Source of the DNA: Candidatus Sutterella merdavium
GTDB taxonomy: Bacteria > Pseudomonadota > Gammaproteobacteria > Burkholderiales > Burkholderiaceae_F
Assembly: GCA_019120415.1 (NCBI GenBank)
Contig: DWVF01000060.1
Location: 18,978 to 82,977, forward strand
Direction: 5' to 3'
Length of the DNA: 64,000 nt
The translations under genes were made by a program, and so were the position numbers. Positions 34,659 to 44,891 of the stretch are shown here, in pieces (the stretch's first letter is position 1; each line of letters opens with the position of its first letter). A model generated the notes under the pieces. The model was not told the DNA's origin. It searched no databases and worked only from the letters and a program-made list of their open reading frames with translations.

Positions 34659-35587
34659 TCGTCGATGCGCGCCCCTTCGAGGAGCTTCACGCACAGCGTT
34701 CCGTAGTCCATCCCCTCGGCCCGCGCCGCCATCGGCACGAGCGAGTGCGGGGTCATCCCCGGCGCCGTGTTGATTTCGAGAAGCGCAAAGCGTCCGTCGG
34801 CGCGGCGAAGCGCGTCGATGCGGCTCCAACCGCGGGCACCGACCGCGCGGAAGGCCTTTTCGCAGTACCCGCGAAGCGTGGCGCTCTCCTCTTCGGAGAG
34901 ATTCGCCGGACAGTCGTAGGAAACGACGTCCGTGTAGTACTTGTTCTGGAAGTCGTAGCTCCCTTCGGGGGCGCGGATTTCAATGACGGGGAGCGCACGG
35001 CCGTCGAGGACCGCCACCGTGAATTCGCGGCCGCGGATGTACTCTTCGACGAGGATTTCGTCGCAGAGCGACTTCGCAAGCTTCAGGGCTTCGCGAAGCG
35101 ACGCCGTCGTGGGACGGTCGAGCTTCGAGACGCCGATGGAACTTCCGTCGCGCCCGGGCTTCACGACGAGCCCCGTCGCGCCGAGTTCGCGGATGACCGC
35201 TTCGAGCGCCGCGTCGTCTTCGTCGCCCGTCATCACGCGCCCTTCGGGCACGGGAAGACCGGCGGCGCGCCACAGGGTCTTCGTCACCTCCTTATCGAAG
35301 GACGCGGCCGAAGCGGCGACGCCGGGGCCCGTATAGGGAAGGCGCAGGAAGTTGAGAAGGCCCTGAATCGTGCCGTTTTCCCCCGCCCCGCCGTGGAGCG
35401 CGATGAAGGCGCGGTCGTAGCCGCCCTGAAGAAGCGCTTCGACGGGCTCGCGCGCCGGATCGAAGGCGTGCGCGTCGACGCCCTTTTCGCGAAGCGCCTT
35501 GAGAACCCCCTCGCCCGACATGAGCGAGACTTCACGTTCCGAAGAGTGGCCGCCGAGAAGAACGACCACCTTTCCCAAATTCTGCAT
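34655..35587 (-). CDS. ddl: D-alanine--D-alanine ligase
   Basis: GGHSSEREVSL, ALHGGAGE, GSSIG, LEINTAPGMT. Confidence 0.96.
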   Translation of the reverse strand: MQNLGKVVVLLGGHSSEREVSLMSGEGVLKALREKGVDAHAFDPAREPVEALLQGGYDRAFIALHGGAGENGTIQGLLNFLRLPYTGPGVAASAASFDKEVTKTLWRAAGLPVPEGRVMTGDEDDAALEAVIRELGATGLVVKPGRDGSSIGVSKLDRPTTASLREALKLAKSLCDEILVEEYIRGREFTVAVLDGRALPVIEIRAPEGSYDFQNKYYTDVVSYDCPANLSEEESATLRGYCEKAFRAVGARGWSRIDALRRADGRFALLEINTAPGMTPHSLVPMAARAEGMDYGTLCVKLLEGARIDE

Positions 35588-35609
35588 AGGAAACCCCTTT
35601 TTCGTTTCG

Positions 35610-37010
35610 TTATTCGTTGCGGCCCGTCAGTTTGGCGGGAATCCGGCCGATCGAGCCCGCCCCCATCGTGACGACGACGTCGCCCGCGCGCGCCGTGCGG
35701 GCGATCGCAGCGGGAAGATCCTCGAGCGTCGAGACCGTCGGACGGCGTCCGGTGCGCTCGGCAACCGCGTCGGCGAGATGCTCGCTGTCGGCCCCTTCGA
35801 TCGGGGCTTCGCCCGCGGGATACACCTCGGCGAGGACGACCTCGTCCACGCTCGAGAGAACGTCCGCGAAGAGTTCGAGACAGTCGCGGGTGCGCGTGTA
35901 GCGGTGCGGCTGGAAGGCGACCACCACGCGGCGCTCCGGCCACGCGCCGCGCACGGCGGCGAGCGTCGCCGCCATTTCGTGAGGGTGATGACCGTAGTCG
36001 TCGATGAGGGAGTAGCTCCCGACGATCGAGCCGTCTTCGGCGTGCACGGGAACTTCGCCCCACTGCGCAAAGCGCCGGCCCACGCCCTTGAATTCTGCGA
36101 GCCCCTTGACGATCGCCTCGTCGCGCACGCCCGCGATCGTGGCGACCGCGACGGCCGCGAGGGCGTTGCGCACGTTGTGCATGCCCGGAAGATTGAGTTC
36201 CACGGGCAGAGGCGGATGGTCCGGACGAAGGATGGTGAAGTGCATGCGCGTGCCGACGGCGCGTACGTCGATGGCGCGCACCTGTGCCTCGGCCGTGAGG
36301 CCGTAACCGATCACGGGCTTCGTGACGCGGTCGCGGATGTTCCGGACGTTTTCGTCGTCAAGGCACAGCACCGCGACGCCGTAGAAGGGCAGACGCTCGA
36401 GAAAGTCGACGAAGGCGGACTTGAGATTTTCAAAATCGTGTCCGTAGGTGTCCATGTGGTCTTCGTCGATGTTCGTCACGACCGAGATCACGGGCGTGAG
36501 ATTCAGGAAGGACGCGTCCGACTCGTCGGCCTCGGCGACGAGAAACTCGCCCGTCCCGAGCCGCGCGTTGGCGCCCGCGCTGTTGAGGCGGCCGCCGATC
36601 ACGAAGGTGGGATCGAGCCCGCCCGCCGCCAAGAGCGAGGCGACGAGCGACGTGGTCGTCGTCTTTCCGTGGGCGCCCGCGATCGCGATGCCGCGGCGCA
36701 GACGCATCAGTTCGGCGAGCATCACGGCGCGCGGCACGACGGGAATGCCGAATTCGCGCGCGGCGGCCACTTCGGGATTGTCGGCCTTCACGGCCGAGGA
36801 GATGACGACGGCGTCCGCCCCCTTGATGTTGCGTTTGTCGTGTCCGTAGGCGATGCGGGCGCCGAGCTTTTGCAGGCGCTCCGTCACGGGGCTTCGCGCA
36901 AGGTCGGATCCGCTCACGACGTAACCGAGATTGAGCAGCACCTCGGCGATGCCGCTCATGCCGCTGCCGCCGATGCCGACGAAATGCAGGTGTTTGACCA
37001 AAAACTTCAC
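35610..37010 (-). CDS. murC: UDP-N-acetylmuramate--L-alanine ligase
   Basis: [39 protein letters not shown]; GTG start after AAGGAG. Confidence 0.97.
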   Translation of the reverse strand: MKFLVKHLHFVGIGGSGMSGIAEVLLNLGYVVSGSDLARSPVTERLQKLGARIAYGHDKRNIKGADAVVISSAVKADNPEVAAAREFGIPVVPRAVMLAELMRLRRGIAIAGAHGKTTTTSLVASLLAAGGLDPTFVIGGRLNSAGANARLGTGEFLVAEADESDASFLNLTPVISVVTNIDEDHMDTYGHDFENLKSAFVDFLERLPFYGVAVLCLDDENVRNIRDRVTKPVIGYGLTAEAQVRAIDVRAVGTRMHFTILRPDHPPLPVELNLPGMHNVRNALAAVAVATIAGVRDEAIVKGLAEFKGVGRRFAQWGEVPVHAEDGSIVGSYSLIDDYGHHPHEMAATLAAVRGAWPERRVVVAFQPHRYTRTRDCLELFADVLSSVDEVVLAEVYPAGEAPIEGADSEHLADAVAERTGRRPTVSTLEDLPAAIARTARAGDVVVTMGAGSIGRIPAKLTGRNE

Positions 37011-37026
37011 TCGAATCTCCTTATCG

Positions 37027-38112
37027 TCACGCCGCAAGGGCCTCTTCAATCAAATCCGCCACGCCTTCGGCCGCCATCGGACGGGCGAGCGAGCGGGCGT
37101 TCTTGGCCATGGCGAGGATGTCGTCCCTTGTCAGGCCTTCGAGAAGCGCGGCGAGCGCTTCGGGGGTGCATTCTTCATTTTTGAGCATGCGCGCGGCGCC
37201 GCGTTCGGCCATGAAGCGCGCGTTGCCGAGCTGATGCGCCGTCGTCTTGGCGACGAAGGGCACGAGTACGCTTGCGGCCCCGGCCGCGCAAAGTTCGCTC
37301 ACGCTCGTCGCGCCCGCGCGGCAGAGAACGAGGTCGCTTTCGCGATAGCGCGTCGCCATGTCGTCGATGAAGGGAAGCACGGTCGCCTTCACGCCGAGCG
37401 CTTCGTAACGCGCTCGCACGGCTTCGTCGCGGTCGCGGCCCGTCTGGTGCACGACTTCGGGGCGCACGTTCTCGGGAATCTTCGCGAGCGCTTCGGGGAC
37501 GGTGTCGTTGAGAATCTTTGCGCCGAGACTGCCGCCGAAGACGAAGAGCCGCAGACGGCCCTCACGCCCCGCGAGGCGTTCGTCGGGCGGATCGATCGCG
37601 AGGATGTCCGCGCGCACGGGATTCCCCGTCGTACGTCCCTTCTCTTTGGCCCAGCTTCTCGCGCCGCCCGCAAACCCGCAGGCGAGAAAGCGGCACACGG
37701 GCATCAGGGTCTGCGTGGAAAGAAGCAGATCCGCGTCGCAGTTCATGAGGACGAGGGGAATGCCGAGCGTCTTCGCGGCGTAGCCCACGGGAACGGCCAC
37801 GTAGCCGCCCGTCGAGAAGACCGCGTCGGGCTTCAGTTCCCCGAGAACCCGTCTCGCCTCGATACCGCTCGAGAGAAGCTTCACGCCGCCCTTGACGGCC
37901 CCGACGAGACCGCGCCCGCGCACGCCCTGAAAGTTCAGGGCGTAAAAATCAATGCCGTGCTTTTCGACGAGGGACGCTTCCATCCCCGTCGTCGTGCCGA
38001 TCCAGGAGACGCGCCAGCCGCGCGATCTCATGACGGCCGCCACGGCGAGCCCCGGCATCACGTGTCCGCCCGTCCCCGCCGCAGCGATGACGAGATGTCG
38101 TTCCGTACTCAC
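37027..38112 (-). CDS. murG: Undecaprenyl-PP-MurNAc-pentapeptide GlcNAc transferase
   Basis: [31 protein letters not shown]. Confidence 0.96.
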   Translation of the reverse strand: MSTERHLVIAAAGTGGHVMPGLAVAAVMRSRGWRVSWIGTTTGMEASLVEKHGIDFYALNFQGVRGRGLVGAVKGGVKLLSSGIEARRVLGELKPDAVFSTGGYVAVPVGYAAKTLGIPLVLMNCDADLLLSTQTLMPVCRFLACGFAGGARSWAKEKGRTTGNPVRADILAIDPPDERLAGREGRLRLFVFGGSLGAKILNDTVPEALAKIPENVRPEVVHQTGRDRDEAVRARYEALGVKATVLPFIDDMATRYRESDLVLCRAGATSVSELCAAGAASVLVPFVAKTTAHQLGNARFMAERGAARMLKNEECTPEALAALLEGLTRDDILAMAKNARSLARPMAAEGVADLIEEALAA

Positions 38113-39308
38113 ACCTGACCTCCACGCATGTGAATTCTGTTTTCAAAATCGACGCGCATCAAGAGCCCCATCGCGAGAAGACTCGTCACGACGGCCGAGC
38201 CCCCGTAGCTCACGAAGGGCAAAGTGAGCCCCTTCGTCGGAAGCGCCCCCGAGGCGACGCCGATGTTGATGAAGACCTGCACGCCGAACCAAATGCCGAT
38301 TCCCTGTGCGAGCAGGCCCGCGAAATACCGTTCCAGCTTGATGGCCTGCCGCCCGATTTCAAAGGCATGGCGAATCAGCCAGTAAAAAAGAAAAAGGACG
38401 ACGAGGACGCCGGCGAAACCGGTTTCCTCGGCCCATACCGCCATAATAAAGTCGGTGTGGGGTTCGGGGAGGTAAGCAAGTTTTTCCACGGACCCGCCGA
38501 GTCCCACCCCGAAGAGCTCTCCGCGCCCGAAGGCGATGAGCGAGTGCGAGAGCTGATAGGCCGTGTTGAGGACGTGCTCCTCGGACCACGGCTCCATGAA
38601 GGCGAGCACGCGGCTCATGCGCCAGGGCGTGTCCCACACGATCCAACCCACCACCAGGATCACGACGGTGAGCACCGCCGCGAAGATGTAGAGCGACAGG
38701 CCTCCGATGAAGAGCGTCCCCAGAAAGATCGCCACGATGACGACGAGCGACCCGAGGTCGGGCTGCTGCATCACGAGCACCGCCACGACCGCCATGTAGA
38801 GCGCCATCGGCAGGAACCCCTTCGTCGTCGAATGCATGAAGTCCTGCCGCCTGACCGTAAAGGAAGCCGTCCCGAGGAGGACCGCAAGCTTTACGATTTC
38901 ACACACTTGAATCTGCACGGGCCCCAGGGGAATCCACCGCGTCGCCCCGTTGATGCGCCGCCCGACGCCCGGCACGAGTACGGCCGCGAGCAGGAAGACC
39001 GCGAGGATGAGAAGCCAGGGCGCCACGCGCTCCCAGAATCCGAGCGGAATGCGGTAGACCACCCAGGCGGCGAACCCGCCCGCAAGCACGAAGATCACGT
39101 GGCGCACGATGAAGTGATAGGCGGAAAAGTCTGAACGCGGATTGTCCCCCTGGGCGATCGTGGCCGAATAAATGGCCACGCACCCGATCGCAAGGAGCGC
39201 CAGAATGACCGTGAGGAGCCCGGTGTTGATGCCGACGGGCTCATGAAGGAGCGTCAGTCGGGCGCGCTCCATCTTTTCGCGCGAAGCGGAGGGTTTCGTG
39301 CGCGCCAT
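38109..39308 (-). CDS. ftsW: SEDS peptidoglycan polymerase FtsW
   Basis: NGATRWI, QPDLG, YLPEPHTDFI, PTKGLTLPFVSYGGS. Confidence 0.96.
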   Translation of the reverse strand: MARTKPSASREKMERARLTLLHEPVGINTGLLTVILALLAIGCVAIYSATIAQGDNPRSDFSAYHFIVRHVIFVLAGGFAAWVVYRIPLGFWERVAPWLLILAVFLLAAVLVPGVGRRINGATRWIPLGPVQIQVCEIVKLAVLLGTASFTVRRQDFMHSTTKGFLPMALYMAVVAVLVMQQPDLGSLVVIVAIFLGTLFIGGLSLYIFAAVLTVVILVVGWIVWDTPWRMSRVLAFMEPWSEEHVLNTAYQLSHSLIAFGRGELFGVGLGGSVEKLAYLPEPHTDFIMAVWAEETGFAGVLVVLFLFYWLIRHAFEIGRQAIKLERYFAGLLAQGIGIWFGVQVFINIGVASGALPTKGLTLPFVSYGGSAVVTSLLAMGLLMRVDFENRIHMRGGQV

Positions 39309-40726
39309 CAAACTCCTCCGGCCGCGCGGCGCGCGGCGGCGATGAAGCGGGCGCTGCGCTCGGCGTAGTCACGGAACATGTCCCAGGAGGCGCAGGCGGG
39401 AGAGAGCAGCAAAACGCCGCCCGTCTTCACGGCGCGCGCCCAGAGCGCGTCGACCGCCTCTTCGAGCGTGCCGAATTCCTCCGTGGGCACCGCGTCCGCG
39501 AGCGCCTCGCGGATCTTTTCGCGGTCTTTCCCGATGAGCGCGACGAACGCGGCGTGCGAGCGAAGCGGTTCGCGCAGAGGCGAGAAGTCCTGTCCCTTAC
39601 CGTCACCCCCCATGAGGAGGTAGAGGCGCTTACCCTGCTTGCCTAGGCCTTCGACGGCCGCGACGACGGCGCCCACGTTCGTTCCCTTGGAGTCGTCCAC
39701 GACGTCGACGCCCTCGGAAGAGAAGACGAATTCCACGCGGTGCGCTTCGCCCCTGTAGCCGCGGACCCAGTCGAGCGCCGCCTTTTCGTCGCCCCCGGCC
39801 GCGCGCACGAGGGCGAGCGCCGCGAGAACGTTGAGCGAATTGTGCCGGCCGCGAAGGAGAAGATCCGCTTCCGAGAGAAGCGGCACGAGGCGTCCCGCTT
39901 CCCGGCGCACGAGTTCGTTGCCTTGGAGGCCGTAGTCGCCCTCGCGCTCGGGCTGATCTTCTCCGAACGTCAAGTCGCCTTCGCGCAGAAGGCGCGGCAC
40001 GGCGTCGTCGCCGCGCGCGAGCACGCGCACGCGCGCCGAGCGGAAAATGCGCTCCTTGGCCGCGCGGTAGCGCGCCATCGAGCCGTGCCAGTTGATGTGG
40101 TCTTCCGTAACGTTCAGAAGCGCCGCGCCGTCAAGCGAAAGCGAGGACGTCGTCTCGAGCTGAAAGCTCGAGAGTTCGAGCACCCAGGCGTCCGGAAGCG
40201 TTCCTTCGTCGGCCGCGCGCTCAAGGGCCGACAGGGCGTTGAGTCCGATGTTCCCCGCCGCGACGGCGGAGAATCCCGAAGCCTTGAGCATTTCGGTCGT
40301 GAGGACCGTCGTGGTCGTCTTTCCGTTCGTGCCGGTGATGCCGACCACCTTGGGGCGGTACCCCCGGCTCTCGCCGAGCGCCGCGAGAAGCCTTGCGAAA
40401 AGTTCGATTTCCCCGATCACGGGAATGCCGCGGACACGGGCGCGCGCCACCACGGGCGCGGCCGCGCCGAAGTCGGGAGAGAGTCCCGGGGAGAGGACGA
40501 GCACGTCGCACTCGTCACCGAGTTCGGGCGCAAAGCCCCCCGTCACGAAGCGGGCCCCGGAGAGTTCGGCGCGAAGCGTCGCGAGCGCGGCGGGCGTCTC
40601 GCGCGTGTCGGCCACGGTGAGAAGCGCCCCTTCGCGCGCGAGATGGCGCGCGGCGGCGACGCCCGAAGCGCCCATTCCCAAAACCACGGCCCTGCGGCCC
40701 GTCCAAAAATCGGTGAGTTGCGGCAC
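39308..40726 (-). CDS. murD: UDP-MurNAc-L-Ala--D-glutamate ligase
   Basis: ITGTNGKTTT, LELSSFQL, DDSKGTN, LLSPACASWDMF. Confidence 0.96.
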   Translation of the reverse strand: MPQLTDFWTGRRAVVLGMGASGVAAARHLAREGALLTVADTRETPAALATLRAELSGARFVTGGFAPELGDECDVLVLSPGLSPDFGAAAPVVARARVRGIPVIGEIELFARLLAALGESRGYRPKVVGITGTNGKTTTTVLTTEMLKASGFSAVAAGNIGLNALSALERAADEGTLPDAWVLELSSFQLETTSSLSLDGAALLNVTEDHINWHGSMARYRAAKERIFRSARVRVLARGDDAVPRLLREGDLTFGEDQPEREGDYGLQGNELVRREAGRLVPLLSEADLLLRGRHNSLNVLAALALVRAAGGDEKAALDWVRGYRGEAHRVEFVFSSEGVDVVDDSKGTNVGAVVAAVEGLGKQGKRLYLLMGGDGKGQDFSPLREPLRSHAAFVALIGKDREKIREALADAVPTEEFGTLEEAVDALWARAVKTGGVLLLSPACASWDMFRDYAERSARFIAAARRAAGGV

Positions 40727-40736
40727 GATGCTCTCC

Positions 40737-41891
40737 TTAGCGGATCTTCAGAGTGGAAAGTCCGATGAGAACCAAAATGAAGGTGATGATCCAGAAACGC
40801 GTCACGACCTGCGTTTCCTTCCATCCCTTCAGTTCGAAATGGTGGTGAATCGGCGCCATCAGGAAGACGCGCTTGCCGTGCGAGAGACGGAAGTAGACCG
40901 TCTGAATCATGACCGAGAGCGTTTCCACGACGAAAATCCCGCCCATGATGGCGAGGACGATTTCCTGACGCGTGATGACGGCGACCGTTCCGAGGCAGCC
41001 GCCGAGGGCGAGCGCACCGACGTCGCCCATGAAGACCTGCGCCGGATGCGCGTTGAACCAGAGGAAGGCGAGGCCCGCCCCGGCGAGCGCTCCGCAGATG
41101 ACGACGAGTTCGCCCGCGCCCGGAATGTAGGGGAAGAGCAAGTAGGACGAGAAGTCGGGACGTCCCACGACGTAGGCGAAGATCCCGAGGGCCGATCCGA
41201 CGAGAACCGAGGGAAGAATCGCCAGGCCGTCGAGACCGTCCGTCAGATTCACGGCGTTGCTCGAGCCCACGATCACGATGAAGGTGAAGATCAGGAAACC
41301 GATGAGCCCGAACGGAAGCGCGATGTCCTTGAAGAACGGAATGAGAAGATGCAGATTTTCGGAGACCTCAAGCGGCATCCCCGCGGCGCGCCACGTCTGC
41401 CAGGCCTCGGCCATCGTTGCGCCCGGCGTCACGGCGAGCGCGAAGACGAGATAGACGCCCGCCACGACGGCGATGAGCGACTGCCAGCCGAATTTCTCGC
41501 GCGCGCTCATCCCCTTGGGGTTGTGGTGCACGACCTTGCGGTAGTCGTCAATCCAGCCGACGAGCCCGTAGCCCATCGTCACGAAGAGCGTGACCCAAAC
41601 GAAACGGTTCGAAAGATCCGCCCAGAGAAGCGTCGATACGCCGATCCCCACGAGCATGAGGGCGCCCCCCATGGTGGGCGTGCCGTCCTTGACGAGGTGC
41701 GACTTCGGGCCGTCCGTGCGGACGGCTTGTCCGAAGTGCATGGCCCGCAGCTTGCGGATCACGGCCGGCCCGGCGGCAAAGCCGATGAAGAGCGCCGTGA
41801 GCGCGGCGAGCAGCGCGCGAAGCGTCAGGTAGTTGAAAACGGAGAATCCCGAAACGGATTCCGACCAGTGACGAAAAAGTTCCAAAAGCAT
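40737..41891 (-). CDS. mraY: Phospho-MurNAc-pentapeptide transferase
   Basis: [35 protein letters not shown]. Confidence 0.98.
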   Translation of the reverse strand: MLLELFRHWSESVSGFSVFNYLTLRALLAALTALFIGFAAGPAVIRKLRAMHFGQAVRTDGPKSHLVKDGTPTMGGALMLVGIGVSTLLWADLSNRFVWVTLFVTMGYGLVGWIDDYRKVVHHNPKGMSAREKFGWQSLIAVVAGVYLVFALAVTPGATMAEAWQTWRAAGMPLEVSENLHLLIPFFKDIALPFGLIGFLIFTFIVIVGSSNAVNLTDGLDGLAILPSVLVGSALGIFAYVVGRPDFSSYLLFPYIPGAGELVVICGALAGAGLAFLWFNAHPAQVFMGDVGALALGGCLGTVAVITRQEIVLAIMGGIFVVETLSVMIQTVYFRLSHGKRVFLMAPIHHHFELKGWKETQVVTRFWIITFILVLIGLSTLKIR

Positions 41892-41909
41892 GATGGTGCC
41901 GTGTTGTTC

Positions 41910-43280
41910 TTATTGCCCCGACGTTTCCCGCTTGCAGGCCTCGATCGCGCGCACGACGCGCTCGAGTCCCGCCGAATGGCTGGCCTTGACGGTCAGCGTC
42001 CCGGCGGCGGGGAGAATTTCCTGAAGTTTTGCGAGGAGTTCCCCGCAGTCCGAGAAGGTCCGCGCGCCCTTGCCGAAGGCTTCGGCCGCAAGACGGGGCT
42101 CTTCGCCCACGGTCCAGAGTTCGTCGAGACCGCAGCTGCGGGCCCATTCGCCCATTTCCCGGTGAAAACGGGCGCTCTGCGCACCGATTTCCCCCATCGC
42201 GCCGAGGACAAAGATCCTCGGTCCCGGAGCCTCGGCCGTCATGCGCATCGAAGCGCGCACGCTGTCGGGATTCGCATTGTACGCGTCGTCGATCAGCGTG
42301 AAGGCGCCGAAAGTCGTTCGGGCGCCCCGTCCGGGGAGCGCCTCGAAGGCTTCGAGCCCGCGCTGAACCGCCTCGAGCGGCACGCCCGCCGCGACCGCGG
42401 CGCAGGCCGCGCCCGTCGCGTTGTGCACGTTGTGTTCGCCCTGAATGCGAAGCGCGATCCGGCAGGTTCCCGCGGGGGTTTCAAGCGTGAGAACGCCCGA
42501 CGCGTAACTTCCCCGCACGACGCCGCGTCCGTCGGGACGGATCGTGTAGAGCCAAGCCTCCTTCTTCGCGGCGACGCACATCGCCTCCCAAATGCCGGCG
42601 CAGGCGTCGTCGGCGGGAACGGCGACCCGGGCGCCCTTGGTGGCGCCCGCGATCATGAAGCCGTTTTCATAGGCCGTCGCCTCGACGGTCGCGAGAAATT
42701 CCTGATGTTCGCGCTGCGCGTTGGTGACGAGCACCACGTCGGGGCACACCATGTCGGCGAGCTGCGCCATTTCGCCCGGATGATTCATCCCGGCTTCGAC
42801 GAGCCCCATGCGGTCGCCCGCCTTCATCGAAAGAAGCGTGTGCGAGACGCCGAGTTCGTTGTTGAAGTTTCCCTTCGTCGCCCAGAAGGCGTCGCCGAAG
42901 GCTTCCTTCAGAATGGCGGCGAGCATCTGCGTGGTCGTCGTCTTGCCGTTGCTGCCGACGACCGCGAGCACGGGACCATCAAACCTGCGACGGCGCTGCG
43001 CCGCCAACAGCATGTACGCCCAGCGCGTGTCGGGAACGACGAGCTGCGGCATGTCGACGGGCGTTTCGCGTTCGACGACGGCCGCGACGGCGCCCGCCTC
43101 TCGCACAGCCGACAAAAAGTCGTGCGCGTCAAAGCGCTCGCCGCGCAGGGCGACGAAGACGGAACCCGGCGTGACCCGGCGGGAGTCCGTCACAAGCGGC
43201 GCGGACGCAAAGAGCGTCTGCCATTTCTCTCCCGCCGCCTTCAGTGCGGCTTCGGTTTTCCTGCGAAGTTCCCAATTCAT
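41910..43280 (-). CDS. murF: UDP-MurNAc-tripeptide--D-Ala-D-Ala ligase
   Basis: TDSR, GSNGKTTT, GNFNNELG, EAGMNHPGE, DDAYNANPDS. Confidence 0.96.
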   Translation of the reverse strand: MNWELRRKTEAALKAAGEKWQTLFASAPLVTDSRRVTPGSVFVALRGERFDAHDFLSAVREAGAVAAVVERETPVDMPQLVVPDTRWAYMLLAAQRRRRFDGPVLAVVGSNGKTTTTQMLAAILKEAFGDAFWATKGNFNNELGVSHTLLSMKAGDRMGLVEAGMNHPGEMAQLADMVCPDVVLVTNAQREHQEFLATVEATAYENGFMIAGATKGARVAVPADDACAGIWEAMCVAAKKEAWLYTIRPDGRGVVRGSYASGVLTLETPAGTCRIALRIQGEHNVHNATGAACAAVAAGVPLEAVQRGLEAFEALPGRGARTTFGAFTLIDDAYNANPDSVRASMRMTAEAPGPRIFVLGAMGEIGAQSARFHREMGEWARSCGLDELWTVGEEPRLAAEAFGKGARTFSDCGELLAKLQEILPAAGTLTVKASHSAGLERVVRAIEACKRETSGQ

Positions 43281-44785
43281 CGGCGGTCTCCCGAGAGAAG
43301 GCGGGTGCGGCGCTCCACAAACACTTCCCGAACGACTTCCGCGTCGGAGAAGGAATGGCGCACGCCGTTGATTTCCTGATAGTCCTCGTGGCCCTTCCCC
43401 GCGACGAGCACGACGTCTTCGGGCGCGGCCGCGAGAATCGCCTCGTGAATCGCTTTGCGGCGGTCCGCCTCCACAAGGGCGGGCGCACCGCGGAAGCCCG
43501 CGGTGATGTCGCTAAGAATCGCTTCGGGCGACTCGGTGCGGGGATTGTCGCTCGTGACGACGACGCGGTCGGCCTCGGCTTCGGCGGCGGCCGCCATCAG
43601 GGGGCGCTTTCCGGCGTCGCGGTCACCTCCGCAGCCGAACACTACCCAGAGGCGCCCGCCGCGAACCTTGGCGATGGGGCGAAGATTCGCGAGCGCCTTC
43701 ACCAGGGCGTCGGGCGTGTGGGCGTAATCGACGACGGCAAGCGGAACGCCTTCGGCGCGAAGCATCTGCATGCGACCTTCCGGCGCGCGAAGCGACGAAA
43801 GATGCGGCAGGAAGTCGGCCGCGGCGTATCCCGCTGCGCGCAGCACGGCAACGACGCCCAAGAGATTCGCCACATTGAAGTCCCCCGCGAGAGGAATCTC
43901 CACGTCGAAGCGCCCTTCGTCGGTCACGAGCGTAAAGCGCATGCCGTGCGGCACCGCACGGACGTCTTCGGCGCCGACATAGCGGTCGTGCGCCCAGGCG
44001 GGCTCGCCACGAAGGCTCGTCGCCCACACCCGCACGCCGTGCGCGCGGGCGGTCTCGGCCATGGCCTCGGCCGCGGGATCATCCGCGTTGAGGACAGCGT
44101 CCTCGAGTTCGGGACGCGCAAAGAGAAGGCGCTTCGCTTCTTCGTAGGCCTCCATGGAGCCGTGATAGTCGAGATGGTCGCGCGTGAGGTTCGTAAAGAC
44201 GCCGATGCGCACCGCGGCGCCCGAGAGGCGCCCCTGAACGAGTCCGATCGAACTCGCTTCCACGGCGAAAGCCTGTGCGCCGTGCGCCTTCAGATCAAAA
44301 AGAAGTCCTTCGAGACTCACCGCGTCGGGCGTCGTGAGTCCGGGCGAAGGGAAGCGTTCGCCCGCAAGGAAGGTGCCGATCGTCCCGACGGCCGCGCAGG
44401 GACGGCCGAGCGCGCTCAGAAGCTGCGCGCACCAGTGGCTCGTCGTGGTTTTCCCGTTCGTGCCCGTCACGGCGACGCCGAGCATCGATTCGGCGGGTTT
44501 TCCGTAAAAGAGCGCGGCGATTTCCCCCGCCCGTTCCGAGAGCTTCGGAACCGGCAGGGTCGGCATCGGGTGGTGTTCCGGCGCCGCTTCGTTTTCGCGG
44601 GCCTCATAGATCGCCCCGGCGGCGCCCCGCGCCTCGGCGACGCGGATGAAATGCCGCCCGTCGCTCGTACGTCCCGGGAGCGCCACAAAGACGTCGCCCG
44701 GTTCGACGAGGCGGCTGTCCACCCGCAGGTGGGATCCCTCGTGCACAAGGCGGCGCAGCCACGCCACCACTTCTTCGTTCGTCAT
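43277..44785 (-). CDS. murE: UDP-MurNAc-dipeptide--meso-DAP ligase
   Basis: TGTNGKTT, NLTRDHLDYH, DYAHTPD, DNPR (DAP-type), AGKGHE; start MTNEEV. Confidence 0.96.
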   Translation of the reverse strand: MTNEEVVAWLRRLVHEGSHLRVDSRLVEPGDVFVALPGRTSDGRHFIRVAEARGAAGAIYEARENEAAPEHHPMPTLPVPKLSERAGEIAALFYGKPAESMLGVAVTGTNGKTTTSHWCAQLLSALGRPCAAVGTIGTFLAGERFPSPGLTTPDAVSLEGLLFDLKAHGAQAFAVEASSIGLVQGRLSGAAVRIGVFTNLTRDHLDYHGSMEAYEEAKRLLFARPELEDAVLNADDPAAEAMAETARAHGVRVWATSLRGEPAWAHDRYVGAEDVRAVPHGMRFTLVTDEGRFDVEIPLAGDFNVANLLGVVAVLRAAGYAAADFLPHLSSLRAPEGRMQMLRAEGVPLAVVDYAHTPDALVKALANLRPIAKVRGGRLWVVFGCGGDRDAGKRPLMAAAAEAEADRVVVTSDNPRTESPEAILSDITAGFRGAPALVEADRRKAIHEAILAAAPEDVVLVAGKGHEDYQEINGVRHSFSDAEVVREVFVERRTRLLSGDRR

Positions 44786-44891
44786 AACTGTCGGTGCGCC
44801 CCTCGGCCGTTTCGCCGGGAAAGGCGCACGCTCTCCTTCTTTCCGTTTCATCCAATGGACGCGTCCCGAAGGACGCGCCCGTTCAACCGTT

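Noticed and set aside
34655-37010. murB missing between murC and ddl
   Set aside because: This is normal for many beta- and gammaproteobacterial dcw clusters
40239-43379. 1046-aa plus-strand ORF, and other long antisense ORFs such as 30971-33739, 44646-46874 and 53985-56171
   Set aside because: They shadow well-conserved genes on the opposite strand; stop codons are scarce at this GC content and the translations show no motifs
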